A DNA stretch of 64,000 bases from Octopus vulgaris. Lineage: Eukaryota. The position numbers and the translations under genes were made by a program. The notes under the pieces are model-generated. The model was not told where the DNA came from and made no database searches. It was given only the letters and a program-made list of their open reading frames with translations. Positions 26,020 to 39,348 of the stretch are shown one piece after another; the first letter of the stretch is position 1, and each line of letters begins with the position of its first letter. The DNA is taken from the NCBI GenBank assembly GCA_951406725.2, contig OX597833.1, positions 62,558,001 through 62,622,000 of the forward strand. The letters are read 5' to 3'.

Positions 26020-26233
26020 TTGTGTGTGTTTGTGTATCTGTGTTTGTCCCCCACAAGATCGCTTGACAACCGATGCTGGTGTGTTTACATCCCCATCAAT
26101 TAGTGGTTCGGCAAAAAGAGACCGATAGAATAAGTACTGGGCTTACATAAGAATAAGTCCCGGGGTCGATTTGCTCGACTAAAGGCGGTGCCCCAGCATG
26201 GCCGCAGTCAAATGACTGAAACAAGTAAAAGAG
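25575..26233 (+). mobile_element. SINE family A with a family C SINE (25740-25966, minus) nested in its TA tract
   Basis: Head and tail of A separated by a complete C copy. Confidence 0.8.
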
Positions 26234-26844
26234 TATGCTTTTGATGAGTAATACAACATTGAGAGAGAGAGAATTTATGATATAGCTTTTCTGCAGTCCT
26301 TTCATGGCAAGCACAAAATCTGAGATCTTGGAGTGAACATTTACAGGAGATATTAACAGGAATTTACACCCAGGTTTCCTTAGACTAAGGAACTGCAAAA
26401 AGGCATTAAATGTTGGTCTCATTAATTTTTCCATTCACCAATAAATCCCAAGCATTATGGAAGACTGATGCTGCCTACAGGTTTCTCGTAGGACAGCATC
26501 TTATCACGTTAATGAATAGTTGAAGACTGAGACTAATAAACTTGCTTACATTATTGTATTTAATGGTTTCTCAACCGAAATTGGATTGGGGGTGGGGGGA
26601 CAAATATCTATGAGGTCACTCAAACTGGTGGAAATGGCAACCAAATCACCATCACCCTCAAATCACGCATTATTAAGTGTAAGTATGGAATACTACTCAC
26701 AGATCCACATACTTGAGATTAAACAGATATGTTCCTTGAGGAGCGCATCCTTGCATAGTGTTGTAGAGGGATGTAGAATCTTTGTATAATTGTAAAGAGC
26801 CTAACAGAGATTGGGGGGAGAGGGGGCCTTGTGGACGTGCACAT

Positions 26845-27062
26845 TTAACCCTTTAGTGTTTAAACTGGCCACATCCGGCCCAAATATTTATATTTGAACT
26901 AGCCATATCTGGCCTCTCACACCAAGCCTACATTGACATTCTAAAAATAAATAATCACATCATTGAAACCTCAAAGCTATGAGATAATGCAAGATTAATT
27001 CAAAACAATTTGAGTGAAAAAGTATTACAATTAACAGAATAATCTGAACATTAAAGGGTTAA
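26845..27062 (+). mobile_element. piggyBac-type MITE, family P2
   Basis: TTAA-CCCTTTAG...TAAAGGG-TTAA; homologous copies at 32079, 33585 and 35908. Confidence 0.75.
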
Positions 27063-27309
27063 TATTGGGGCTAGATCCCAAACCTGGATTTTTTTTCTTT
27101 TTTAAGGGGCTGCAGCAAAAAAAAAAAAAAGTCAATTAGAGAAAGATTTATATTTATAGAGGGAATGCTGTTAAGGACTGCTAGAAGGATGCACGAGGGC
27201 CTTGTGCAGCAGCTCTTGAGATCCACAGTTGGGAATCACTGGTACAGAGTCTTGTACACGTGTGTATTGGATTGCTTACTTAATAACCCTTTCATGTATG
27301 TTTTCCAAG

Positions 27310-27519
27310 TCTCTTTTACTCTTTTACTTGTTTCAGTCATTTGACTGCAGCCATGCTGGAGCACCGCCTTTAGTTGAGCAACTCGACCCCGAGACTTATT
27401 CTTTGTAAGCCCAGTACTTATTTTATTGTTCTCTTTTGCCGAACCGCTAAGTAACGGGGACATTAACACACCAGCATCGGTTGTCAAGCAATGCTAGGAG
27501 GACAAACACAGACACACAA

Positions 27520-27551
<32 letters not shown>

Positions 27552-27713
27552 GACGGGCTTCTTTCAGTTTCCGTCTACCAAATCCACTCACAATGCGTTG
27601 GTCGGCCCGAGGCTATAGTAGAAGACACTTGCCCAAGGTGCCACGCAGTGGGACTGAACCTGGAACCATGTGGTTGGTTAGCAAGCTACTTACCACACAG
27701 CCACTCCTGCGCC
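27310..27713 (-). mobile_element. SINE family A
   Basis: Full-length copy. Confidence 0.85.
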
Positions 27714-28387
27714 TAAAATTTCGTAAACGCTTGTAATTTTTCTCTTTTCGCTCAATAAACACGCACAACGCCCGGTCAGGGAATCGAAACCGCGAGTCCT
27801 CTGCCCTAACCATTCAGATTTCAAACACTTGTCAGTAGCTATAAAGGTCAATCCAACTGTGTGATACTTTTACAAGTTTGTTATCAAAATAATAAATTCC
27901 ATCTCCTATGATTCTAGACTAATTCAGAGTGAGAATCTCCTCATTATCACATGCAATTTGGTCATTCTTCTCCAGTCAAGAAAACAAACACGATTTAGAA
28001 ATCATGAAAATTTACCAGCAAATCAAATTCCTGCTTAACCCGAACATATTTTTGTATGAAACCAAATCAGAATAGTTAACACCTCTCACATGCAATATTT
28101 TCTTCACATTCTCCCTTTAAGTAAAAGAAAAAAAATTTAATTATCTTTTTATGTTATCATACCTTAACTGCAACTGAAGGAGAATTGAGGCCAAAGGAGG
28201 GACCAATTTGGCATTAATTACCACAAACGTAACACGAACCAATCCAAACACTAAGTCAGGCTCCAGGGAGAGAGAGAGAGAGAGAGTGCTAATAATCACA
28301 AATCCAGGCTTAATACTAAGCTGAAGCAAAGGAGTTTCTACTTTGTAGGAAGAACAGCTAAATTTTCATCCAACTACACACCCTACT

Positions 28388-28927
28388 ATTTACATTATTT
28401 ACAATTGATGGATATTTGTCCTTATCTTGTTTGTTGTTAACACCACATTTCGGCTGATGTACCCTCCAGCCTTCATCAGGTGTCTTAGGAAAATTTCGAA
28501 CCAGGGTTCTCATTCCTAAGATATTTTCCAATGTTTGCCGGTGGCACGTTAAAAGCACCAACCGATCGTGGCCGATGCCAGACTCCCCTGGCACGTAAAA
28601 AGCTCCCACTACACTCGCGGAGTGGTTGGTGTTAGGAAGGGCATCCAGCTGTAGAAACACTGCCAGATCAGACTGGAGCCTGGTGCAGCTTCCTGGCTTC
28701 CCAGACCCCGGTCGAACCGTCCAACTCGTGCTAGCGCGGAAAACGGACGTTAAACGATGATGATGATTCAGTGACCTGAACAATAACAACATCATCAAAA
28801 AATACCTTAGGAATGAGAACCCAAGTACAAAATTTCCCCAAGACACATGATGAAGGCTGGCGGGTATCAGTCGAAACGTGTTAACAAACAAGATGAGGAC
28901 AAATATCCATCAAATGTAAATAATGTA
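28388..28927. mobile_element. Penelope-like inverted repeat pair with degenerate hammerheads, interrupted by a SINE
   Basis: 28388-28525 is the reverse complement of ~28799-28927; minus copy reads gacac CTGATGA aGGCTG...CAGCC GAAA tgtg gtgtt; SINE at 28536-28767 lies between the arms. Confidence 0.6.
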
Positions 28928-28976
28928 CATAATTCCTCATCTCTGAAATATAGAACTCCACACACCCTACTCTCTT

Positions 28977-29359
28977 CACTCTTTTACTTGTTTCAGTCAT
29001 TTGACTGCGGCCATGCTGGAGCACCGCCTTTAGTCGAGCAAATCGACCCCGGGACTTATTCTTTGTAAGCCCAGTACTTATTCTATCGGTCTCTTTTGCC
29101 GAACCACTAAGTGATGGGGACGTAAACACACCAGCATCGGTTGTCAAGCAATGCTAGGGGGACAAACACAGACACATATATATATACATATATATACGAC
29201 AGGCTTCTTTCAGTTTCCGTCTACCAAATCCACTCACAAGGCATTGGTCGGCCTGGAGCTATAGCAGAAGACACTTGCCCAAGATGCCACGCAGTGGAAC
29301 TGAACCCAGAACCATGTGGTTGGTAAACAAGCTACTTACCACACAGCCACTCCTGCGCC
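28977..29359 (-). mobile_element. SINE family A
   Basis: Full-length copy. Confidence 0.85.
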
Positions 29360-29672
29360 TATCCTACTGTCGGGATAATCACGAATGGAAAACCTTTGAC
29401 CTGCTCAATCAGGACCAGCCTGAGGCTAAATTACATATTAAAAGGTAGTTGTGAATAGAAAACAAACAAAAAAAAAAAAAAGAGAGAGTAGTATTGTTTT
29501 ATAGAGGGTACATACCCACAAAGAATGATCAGTTAAATTAAAGGGAGACGATAAAAACAGGGCTGTTATGTTTGAGATAATAGGACAAGGAATTTACTTT
29601 TTGAAGTATTTATAGATATCAGTCACTTAATTGCACAGGGCCAAGGAGCACTGCATTTTAAAGTGTTTATGG

Positions 29673-29891
29673 CAGTGGTTTTCAACCAGGGTACCCTGGA
29701 ACCTTAGGGTTCCGCCAGTACAGTCCAGGGGTTCTGCAAGAAGTTACAAAATTGCTAAAATCAACAGTAATTTTTAATTCTGCTGTGCAGATATGTGTGC
29801 ATAAAACTATTAAATTATTGCACAGGGGTTCCTCGAGCCAGTTGAATGTGTCCTTGGGATTCCGCTCCAGCAAAAAGTTTGAAAAGCACTG
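29673..29891 (+). mobile_element. hAT MITE
   Basis: TIRs CAGTGGTTTTCAA / TTGAAAAGCACTG with exact 8-bp TSD GTTTATGG. Confidence 0.85.
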
Positions 29892-30673
29892 GTTTATGGC
29901 ATCAAGAACATAGGTATCAGTCACTTGATTGCACAGGGCCATGCTGGAGCACTGCACTGAATGGATTTTAGTTAATTATTTATACTAACCACAGTAGTTG
30001 ACCACATTGCACTGACAAAAGGAGTAGCAAGGTTAAGAATTGTTTTGTAACCGTTAGTTCTGCCTCACAGAATATTGTTAACTTGTACAAAGCTATTTGC
30101 CAAAGCCTCTGGTTGACCAATGCTATGCAAACTGTGCAGAACGCTGATGCACAGATGCAGTTGTGTGTGCACATGCACATCTTCAGTGCGTAATAAGAAA
30201 ATATGTAAACATCAAAAACAAAAAAAATTATACTTTCAAAGTAAAACTGACATTTGTATTTGGTTTTGTTTTTTTTACACTGAAGAACCATGTAAAATTT
30301 GTTTTGCACCAAGGTACAAACACTCCCATGTTGCTGTTACTGTGAGAAAGACAGTTCGTCACTGATTGTCTCATCTCACCCACCACCACCACCTAACACT
30401 AATGATACTGCCCAATGATTTTGACGACATAAATTTTTTTTTTTTAAATCCCCTTTATTGAGCTCTAATTATCAAATGGCTGAGTTCACCTATTATTAAG
30501 CTACCTCTCTTGGCTATTTACACAAACATTCCACCAATCAAATTTCACTAACAAAGCATTAATCAACCTGGAGCTCTTAAAGACAAACACTATCCCATGG
30601 TGCTGTGTGGTAGGATTGAACCAGGAAACATAGTCATGGAGCAAACGCCTATGCAGTGCAGGATACAACTAAC

Positions 30674-30900
30674 TATTTCTTTACTACCCACAAGGGGCTA
30701 AGCACAGAGAGGACAAACTAGGACAGACATAGGTATTAAGTCGATTACTTCGACCCCAGTGCGTAACTGGTACTAAATTTATCGATCCCGAAAGGATGAA
30801 AGGCAAAGTCGACTTCGGCGGAATTTGAACTCACAACATAACGCAGACGAAATACCACTAGGCGTTTCGCCTGGCGTGCTAACGTTTCTGCCAGCTCACC
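30674..30900 (-). mobile_element. SINE family C
   Basis: Colinear with 14168-14370. Confidence 0.75.
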
Positions 30901-31310
30901 AGGATACAACTGTCATCTCCATTATTAATATTTGTACTTTGAATCGTAGATTGCAAAGAGTTTAAGCTTCTAATAAAATGCCTTGCAATATTTGATTCAA
31001 GAAAGGCAGTGAGCTGGCAAAATGCTTTGTGGTATTTTGTCAGTCTTTACGTTCGGAGTTCAAATTCTGCTGAGGTCAGCTTTGCCTTTCATCATTTGGG
31101 GGTCTGAGGGTGGGGGTGTCACTGTAATTGACTTACCCCTTCTTTTGAAATCACTGACCTTCTGCCAAAATTTGAAACCAACATTTGGTTCAACTCTTTA
31201 TATTCCGAGTTCAAATCCTACCCAAGTCATCTCACCTTTCATCCCTTCTGGGTCAATAAGTACCTGTAAAGAATTGGCTGTCAACTACACCCTCCCCCAG
31301 AAATCATGAA

Positions 31311-31684
31311 CTTACTCTTTTACTTGTTTCAGTCATTTGACTGCAACCATGCTGGAGCACCGACTTTAGTTGAGCAAATCGACCCCGGGACTTATTCTTT
31401 GTAAGCCCAGTACTTATTCTATCGGTCTCTTTTGCCGAACCGCTAAGTGACGGGGACATAAACACACCAGCATCGGTTGTCAAGCAATGCTAGGGGGACA
31501 AACACACACACACATATATACGACGGGCTTCTTTTCAGTTTCCGTCTACCAAATCCACTCACAAGGCATTGGTCGGCCTGGGGCTATAGCAGAAGACACT
31601 TGCCCAAGATGCCACGCAGTGGGACTGAACCCGGAACCATGTGGTTGGTTAGCAAGCTACTTACCACACAGCCACTCCTGCGCC
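31311..31684 (-). mobile_element. SINE family A
   Basis: Full-length copy. Confidence 0.85.
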
Positions 31685-31776
31685 TTGTGCGTATGTTAAA
31701 AGCAATTATATCTTCTGTCTTGCTTCAGTCACTGGGCTACGGCCATGCTGGAGTACCACCTTTAAAAGGCTAAGTC

Positions 31777-32684
31777 CAGTGGTTCTCAACCATTCTTTCT
31801 ACTTACAGACCCTTTTGATTACTATCTAATTCTTGCAGACCCTCATAGACCAATGGTTCTCAACCAGGGTCCATATAAGATTTTGTGGGGTCCATGGAAG
31901 AAAATAGTACACTGTGAATCCATAATAATATTTCAAGGGTCCCTGAAAAAATTTCAATTTAAATATATGAATTGGAATGTATTGCAAGAAACAGCTAGGT
32001 TTCTTTCATTCTACATAGTCCAAACTACACAAGGGAATATGTGAAAAAACAAAATAGGAAGTCTGAAAGAAGGTTTTATTAACCCTTTAGCATTTAAACC
32101 GGCCATATCTGGCCAAAAGTATTTCGCCTGTTTTATGTTCAAACTGGCTAGATCTGGTCTTTCACACCAACCCTACAATATCATTCTAAAAATTAACAGC
32201 TACCTCATCAGAATCTCATAGCTACAAGATTAATGCCTGATTAGTTCAAGGAAATGTGGATAAAAAAGGATTAATTTTGGCAGAATAATGCGAACACTAA
32301 AGGGTTAAACTAGTTGTTAAACTAGTTTTTAAACATCAAAAGGCTAGGGGGGAGGGGCCCACCAGAATAAAATAGTAATCAAAGGGGTCCATAGATTAAA
32401 AATGGTTGAGTACCCCTGCTCACTGACATTCAATGTTTAAAAGCTAGTTTCACAATTATTCATTTAAAAATTCTCATTTTGCTTTTTCACACGTTTTCTC
32501 GGGGAGGACATATTTCAGGGACTGGAAACCTGTTGAAGAAAGAAACCTAGCCGTTTCTTCCTGTAGATATGTCTAAAGCAATTTATACCATGGAACCCCA
32601 ATCTATTATTTTTGCTTTTGTGATCTTGAAAAGAATCTTATATGGACATCCCAGGGTCATATGGACCTCGGCTGAGAACCAATG
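31777..32684 (+). mobile_element. Nested older hAT-like MITEs
   Basis: Outer cagtggttctcaacc...ggctgagaaccaatg; inner caatggttctcaacc (31851)...ggttgagtacccctg (~32418), which contains the P2 MITE. Confidence 0.55.
32079..32308 (+). mobile_element. piggyBac-type MITE, family P2 (nested in hAT MITEs)
   Basis: TTAA flanks and CCCTTTAG/CTAAAGGG ends. Confidence 0.75.
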
Positions 32685-33584
32685 GTTTAGTCAAACAAAT
32701 CGACCTCAGTCACTAATGATACTGCCCAATAATTTTGACGACATTAATTTTTTTTTTTAAATCCCCTTTATTAAGCTCTAATTATCAAATGGCTGAGTTC
32801 ACCTCTTGTTAAGCTACCTCTCTTGGCTATTTACACAAACATTCCACCAATCAAATTTCACTAGCAAAGCATTAATCAACCTGGAGCTCTTAAAGACAAA
32901 CACTATCCCATGGTGCTGTGTGGTAGGATTGAACCAGGAAACATAGTCATGGAGCAAACGCCTATGCAGTGCAGGATAAAACTAACTATTTCTTTACTAC
33001 CCACAAGGGGCTAAACACAGAGAGGACAAACAAGGACAGACAAACGGATTAAGTCGATTACATCGACCCCAGTGCATAACTGGTACTTTATTGACCCTGA
33101 AAGGTGGTCGGAGACAAACAATGACACACACGACAGGCTTCTGCATAGTTTCCGTCTAACCAATTCACTCACAAGGCATTGGTCACCCCAGGGATATAGA
33201 AGATGCCCCAAGGTGCTGCACAGTAGAACTGAAACCAAAACTGTGTGGTTGCAAAGCTAGAGCTTCTAAACCACACAGCCATGCCTGAAACTGTGTACTT
33301 CATCATTTATGCTACCTGTATTATTGACAGATAACTTATCTGTTACTATGGAGATTCCCCCCCAAATGCTGAATTTGGAGGAGGGAGAGGCATTAATGCT
33401 GCTTTTGATAAGTTATCAAATGAAACAACAGGTAATTAAATTCTACAAATTAAATAATTGGCTGCAATAAAAGTGTTAATATCATTCATTTACCTCACCG
33501 AAGATAAGGTAAGCAGGCAATCTTCACATGACTGCTCAGCCTGCTTAGAAACAGCAGCTAAAACTCCCTCAAATGACACAGTGT

Positions 33585-33812
33585 TTAATCCTTTAGGATT
33601 TAAAGCAGCCATCATCAAACCCAAATGTTCTGCTTTATGTTCAAACTAGCCAGAGCCAGCCTCTTTTCACACCTCCCCTACAGTATAATTCTAAAAATAA
33701 ATTATCACATTCTCAAAACCTCAAAGCTATGAGATAATGCAAGATTAATTCAAAACAATGTGAATAAATAAGCATTACGTTTGACAGAGTAACCTGAATG
33801 CTAAAGGGTTAA
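33585..33812 (+). mobile_element. piggyBac-type MITE, family P2
   Basis: TTAA flanks; body homologous to 26845-27062. Confidence 0.7.
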
Positions 33813-34114
33813 AGGTTATTATTAATCTTTGGATTGAAAAGAAGGCAGCGGTGGTGGTGGTGGTAGGGGGGTTCAGAGACCTATACAAATGGAAGAAAAT
33901 ATCTTAGAACTCCTGGCACCAAACTTTCACCTAAATTGTAAAGTCAAGAATGCAGTCTATTTAAGCTTGTGTTCTTTTGCTGAGGAGGGGTAATTTCTGA
34001 GGAGGGGTAATTTTGCTGAGGAGGGGAAATACCCAACACTAGAAAAAAGACCCTTCAGAGAGAGGGGGGAGAGAGAGGAGTGTTACATTTTGATAATTAT
34101 AGACACAGATCTTG

Positions 34115-34572
34115 TTCCTTCCTTCTCCAGCCATGCCAGGCTCATAAGGGCCGGTTTCCCAGTTTCAGTGGCGTAGAAATTACCCCACCTAGATGGGACG
34201 CCAGTCCGTCGCAGGATTACTCATTTTTGCCAGCTGAGTGGAACTGGAGCAAGGTGAAATTAAGTGTTTTGCTCAAGAACGCACCGCATCGCCCGGTCCA
34301 GGAATCGAAACCATAACCTTACGATCAAGAGTTGAACACCCTAACCCAGTGGTTTTCAACCAGGGTTCCGCCAGTACAGTCCAGGGGTTCCGCAAGAAGT
34401 TACAAAATTGCTAAAATCGGCAGTAATTTTTAATTCTCCTGTGTAGATATGTGTGCATAAAACTATTAAATTATTGCACAGGGGTTCCTCGAGCCAGTGG
34501 AATGTTTCCTTGGGGTTCCGCTCCAGCAAAATGTTTGAAAAGCACTGCCCTAACCACTAAGTCACACGCCTC
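34115..34572 (-). mobile_element. SINE family D interrupted by hAT MITE
   Basis: Colinear with 20395-20645 once 34347-34555 is removed. Confidence 0.7.
34347..34547 (+). mobile_element. hAT MITE inserted in a SINE
   Basis: Same family as 29673; exact 8-bp TSD CCCTAACC. Confidence 0.85.
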
Positions 34573-35434
34573 CACTAGACACAGATCTGGTTGTGTGGTT
34601 AAGAGCTTTGCTTCATAACCATGTGGCCTAGAGTTTGTCCCCAGTGCATGGCGCTAGAGGCAACGTCGAGTGCTACTACAACCTGGGACAGACCAATGTT
34701 GAACGAGTGGAACTGGTAAGCAGAAAGCGAAAAAAGCCAGTTGCTTTGTGTGTGTGTCTTCCCTTTGTGTTATTGTTTGTATTGCATAAAAACAAGGTCA
34801 CTGTCCGTACGAATGGATGGCATCCTTGGTCACAATCTGCTGGGAAACCATGCCCAGACATTATTGAACTGATAATGGTTCAAAAGATTGGTGGTGGCAG
34901 TGGTGATGAAGAATATTACCTTACTTGGAAACAGGTGAGGATTGGCAGCAGGAAGGTAGAAATTCTGCCTCCGTAAGTTTTGCTGACTGATGCCAGCAGA
35001 GAAAAGCGGCCCTTAAAAATGATGATGAGGAGGAGGATTCTAAAGTTATAATTGAACTTAAAATGCGCATGCGCATGTTAAAACCAAATAAATGACTGAG
35101 TCGCCAATGGTGAGTGGAAAAGCTCAACCTGCAAGAAACAACAGCCTAATCACAGGCACCAGGATGGGAAGGACGGACACAGATGAATCTCGTGTTTTGA
35201 TGGTGAGGATTAAATTGTTCAATAAATGAATGAGTAAATGGCAGAGTATTCCACAGACATGTAGCCATAACACAATTTTCAGACAAAATCGGTACGATGG
35301 AGTATGACAAAGTCACAGCTTTGGCTCAATGAATACATCCTGTCCAATAAGCTAAGTTTCGAAAAATCCAGTTTCACCCACGAAGTATATGTTGTCCCCT
35401 TATTTTTCTATAATCCTTAGCAGATTATAGAAAA

Positions 35435-35806
35435 CTAGCACTATGACCCGGCGTTGCCGGATCATAGTGCTAGTGCATGCATATACAGCTGCATGCATGT
35501 GCACATACATGTGAGTACTGTCCAAATCTCTGACCAATCACATACAGGTAGCTGGCATTCCAATTGGCGTATCAAGTTTCGGGCATTTTGATTGTGTTTT
35601 GGATAAAAAAAAATTCACAAAAAAGTCACTTCTATTGATTTTTTAATGGCTTTGCGGGGTGACTGGAGAAATGTAAAGATGTGCACGACAACCCTTGGAC
35701 GGTTTTGAATGACCATAGAAAGTGCGAGCCCACTAACTGAAAAATTGTGGATTTGTATAAAGAACACACACACACAGAGACATTTTGTCGTTTATATATA
35801 TAGAGA
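35435..35806 (-). mobile_element. Non-autonomous Helitron
   Basis: 5' TCTCTATATATATAAAC, 3' hairpin ccggcaacgccgg then CTAG, A|T target site. Confidence 0.75.
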
Positions 35807-35907
35807 TGACATTCTCTGAAGTTGACATGCAGTGAGGTTGAACCAGAGACTATGTGGTTATGAAGCAAACTTCTTTATCATTTGGTGGCTTACATACTAT
35901 TACAACC

Positions 35908-36135
35908 GTAACCCTTTACTATTCAAACTAGCCAGATCCAGCCAAAATAGTCCACCTGTTTTATGTTCAAACCAGACAGATCCACCTCCTCACACCTACC
36001 CTACAATGTCGTTCTAAAAATAAACATACACTCCATCAAAATCTCAAAGCTATGAGACAGTGCGTGATTGATTCAAAGTAACGAGAATAATTAAGCATCA
36101 CATTTGACAGAGTAATCTGAATCCTAAAGAGTCAA
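35908..36135 (+). mobile_element. piggyBac-type MITE, family P2 (diverged)
   Basis: Body homologous to other P2 copies; ends eroded. Confidence 0.6.
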
Positions 36136-36387
36136 GATGAAAAATAAGGAGAGGAGGGGATACATTAGGGAGTGTAGCTGGGGGAAACAAAGTAAAAAAA
36201 AAAATATTCCAAACCAAATACCAGTACACACAGACAGGTCAGTACATCATCATCCTCATCATCAATGTTCGTTGTCCATGCTGGCATGTGTTGGACAGTT
36301 TGACAGGAGTGGGCAAGCTGGGAATGCTGCACCAAGCTCCAATTGTCCATCTCGGCATGGCTTCTATGGCTGTATGCCCTTCCTAAT

Positions 36388-36805
36388 ACCTATTTCTTTA
36401 TTACCCACAAGGGGCTAAACATAGAGGGGACAAACAAGGACAGACATAGGTATTAAGTTGATTACATTGACCCCAGTGCGTAACTGGTACTTAATTTATC
36501 GACCCCGAAGGGATGAAAGGCAAAGTTGACCTCGGCGGAATTTCAACTCACAACGTAACGACAGACTAAATACCTATTTCTTTATTACCCACAAGGGGCT
36601 AAACATAGAGGGGACAAACAAGGACAGACATAGGTATTAAGTTGATTACATCGACCCCAGTACGTAACTGGTACTTAATTTATCGACCCCGAAAGGGATG
36701 AAGGGCAAAGTTGACCTCGGCGGAATTTGAACTCACAACGTAACGACAGACTAAATACCGCTAAGCATTTCGCCTGGCACGCTAACGATTCTGCCAGCTC
36801 GCCGT
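36388..36805 (-). mobile_element. Family C SINE with tandemly duplicated 3' part, inside a family B remnant
   Basis: 36388-36570 repeated at ~36571-36757. Confidence 0.75.
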
Positions 36806-36999
36806 CTTCCTAATACCAACTACTTTACAGAGTGTACTGGGTGCATTTTAGGTTGCGCCAGCTGGGTCTGAGCAGGCTTAGAAGAATGTGTGGTGGTGGT
36901 GGTGGTGGCGGCAGGGGGAGAGGAAAAAGCTAAACAACAAATGAATAAAAAGACGTTTAGGAATTAACTACAGAAATTCGCAGAAAAAAAATTAAAAAT

Positions 37000-37061
37000 T
37001 AAAAATAAAAACCAAAAATGAATCTGTAAACTGAAAATTTTATTTTTTTAATTTATTTATT
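37000..37061 (-). terminator. Polyadenylation signal cluster
   Basis: Minus-strand AATAAA at 37061-37056, 37057-37052 and 37044-37039, followed by tttttggtttttattttt. Confidence 0.45.
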
Positions 37062-37394
37062 CTTTCCAAAGTCTTTGACAATGTTTAGATTTTACCATGA
37101 CATTAATTAACTTTGCTGCGTAACAAAAAAAAAAAAAAAAAAAAAGCATCCGTGAGAGCTGATTTAAGTAGTTGAATCCCTTTCAAATAACACTGCTCCC
37201 TAATTAACCCAGACAATAATATTAACAGTTCCTAATTTCGGGTGGGGCTTGTATTAGAAACAATTCTTGGATTATTTGTGTAATCAGTTCTATTTTACCA
37301 AAACATGAAAACAGTCAACAGAATATTAAAGGTAAATTTCTAACAAAGATATCACAAAAGAAAAGTATTCAAAAAATAGAACTGTGTATGGTGT

Positions 37395-37920
37395 ACATAC
37401 ATATACACATTACACACCCAATATACATGTGTGCATACATATATATATACACACACACACACACACCTATGTATATAATATATATATATATATATATATG
37501 CGCACACATACAAACATTTAGTTGTATATGGATATACACACGTGTGTGTGTGAGAGTATATATATACACATATATATATATATATACATATATACATACA
37601 TATACACACATACAAACGTGATTGTATATGGATACACACACACGTGTGTGTGTATATATATATATACACACACACACACATATATACATACACACACATG
37701 TATATATACATGGATACACAAAATATACAAATGTATACCTACGCACACATGATATACATATGTAATGTGCATGCAAATATGTATAAAGCATGTGTGTATA
37801 TACCTGTTTAGTGCCTGTTACAAAATGCTGTTGCTCGTTTATTTAAACAGTGGTTCTCGGCAGACTTTTGCAATAATAAAGAAAGCAAAACACATATACG
37901 CATGTGTGCACACACAAACA

Positions 37921-37955
<35 letters not shown>

Positions 37956-38255
37956 ATATATGACATATGATATATGACATATGATATATATGACATATGA
38001 TATATATATATATGATATATATGACATGATATATATATATGATATATATGACATGATATATATATATGATATATATATGATATATATGATAGATATATAT
38101 ATGATATATATGATAGATATATATATATATGATATATATGATAGATATATATATATATATGATATATATGATAGATATATATATATATATGATATATATG
38201 ATAGATATATATATATATATATGATATATATATATGTATGTATATATGTATATAG
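37395..38255. repeat. Compound microsatellite plus atatgatatatatga(c/t)a minisatellite
   Basis: Directly visible; higher-order units at 37950-38230. Confidence 0.9.
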
Positions 38256-38795
38256 CGTAATGTATTTCTTGGCACCATTGGTGAATCTGACGAAATAATA
38301 TAGGATGGCAGTATAGATTGGAAAGGATCAGCTACCTTCTGGGTTTCAGAATATTTAGGAACAAAATTCGAACAACAGAACATGAAAAAAAAACATTAAC
38401 AAGATAAAGAGAAAAACAGAAGAAAAAAAAAAAAAAAAAAAACTCTCAGAATGCTTAAATTCCAACTAGTAAAAAAAAAAAAAAATTGGTGAATCTCAAG
38501 AAGGATACCCTCAAAAGGAATGTAAGAAACACTAAATGTCTGAGTGTGTGTGTGTGTGTTTGTACATACACACACATCTTGAAAGCCAATAACTCACACA
38601 CTCGCGATAGAAATGTCTTGCTATTTTATGCTTTCTAGATGCCTGAATGAACACACAGAAGCAAGATAATCAGAAGAGCAACAGTGTGAATCACATTCGC
38701 TTAAACCAAATAAACTTTTACATATATTACGTACAGTTTTTCCATATTGCACATCCAGGCATGTACCTGAGTGGGTGTATGTATATGTGTGTGTG

Positions 38796-38831
<36 letters not shown>

Positions 38832-38964
38832 AATTAAAGGATCACTCAATACCTTTCAGTAGAGCACAGGCTGGTTTTTACATGGAAACGGTAGACAGTT
38901 ACTTCAAAGTTTTGGGTATGCAGCCTTCACCAGAAGGTCAACCTGCACCATGTGAAAATCATAC

Positions 38965-39013
<49 letters not shown>

Positions 39014-39293
39014 CATACACACCTACATACACACACCATTTAATATGCATAGGATTTAAATGCAAGCTAGAACTGGTCCCATGTCTCTGATAATACAATG
39101 GTCAGACAAACTTGTATAGCATGGCATGTACTTGCACGCAATCATTCAGACTGAAAAACAAGCTTCTTCAACCACTCAATTTTCAGCGGCATGAAACAAA
39201 TAGTAGCTTTCTTTTAAATCTTGACTGTATTAAATTCTCTTACTGCACATAATACTTTTTTTCTGTTGATCCCACCAATAACAGAACAGTACC

Positions 39294-39348
<55 letters not shown>

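Larger units (their letters stand above)
30397..33090 (+). repeat. Local direct duplication (30397-30770 vs 32711-33085)
   Basis: Near-identical ~370 bp including the junction into a family C SINE tail. Confidence 0.85.
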
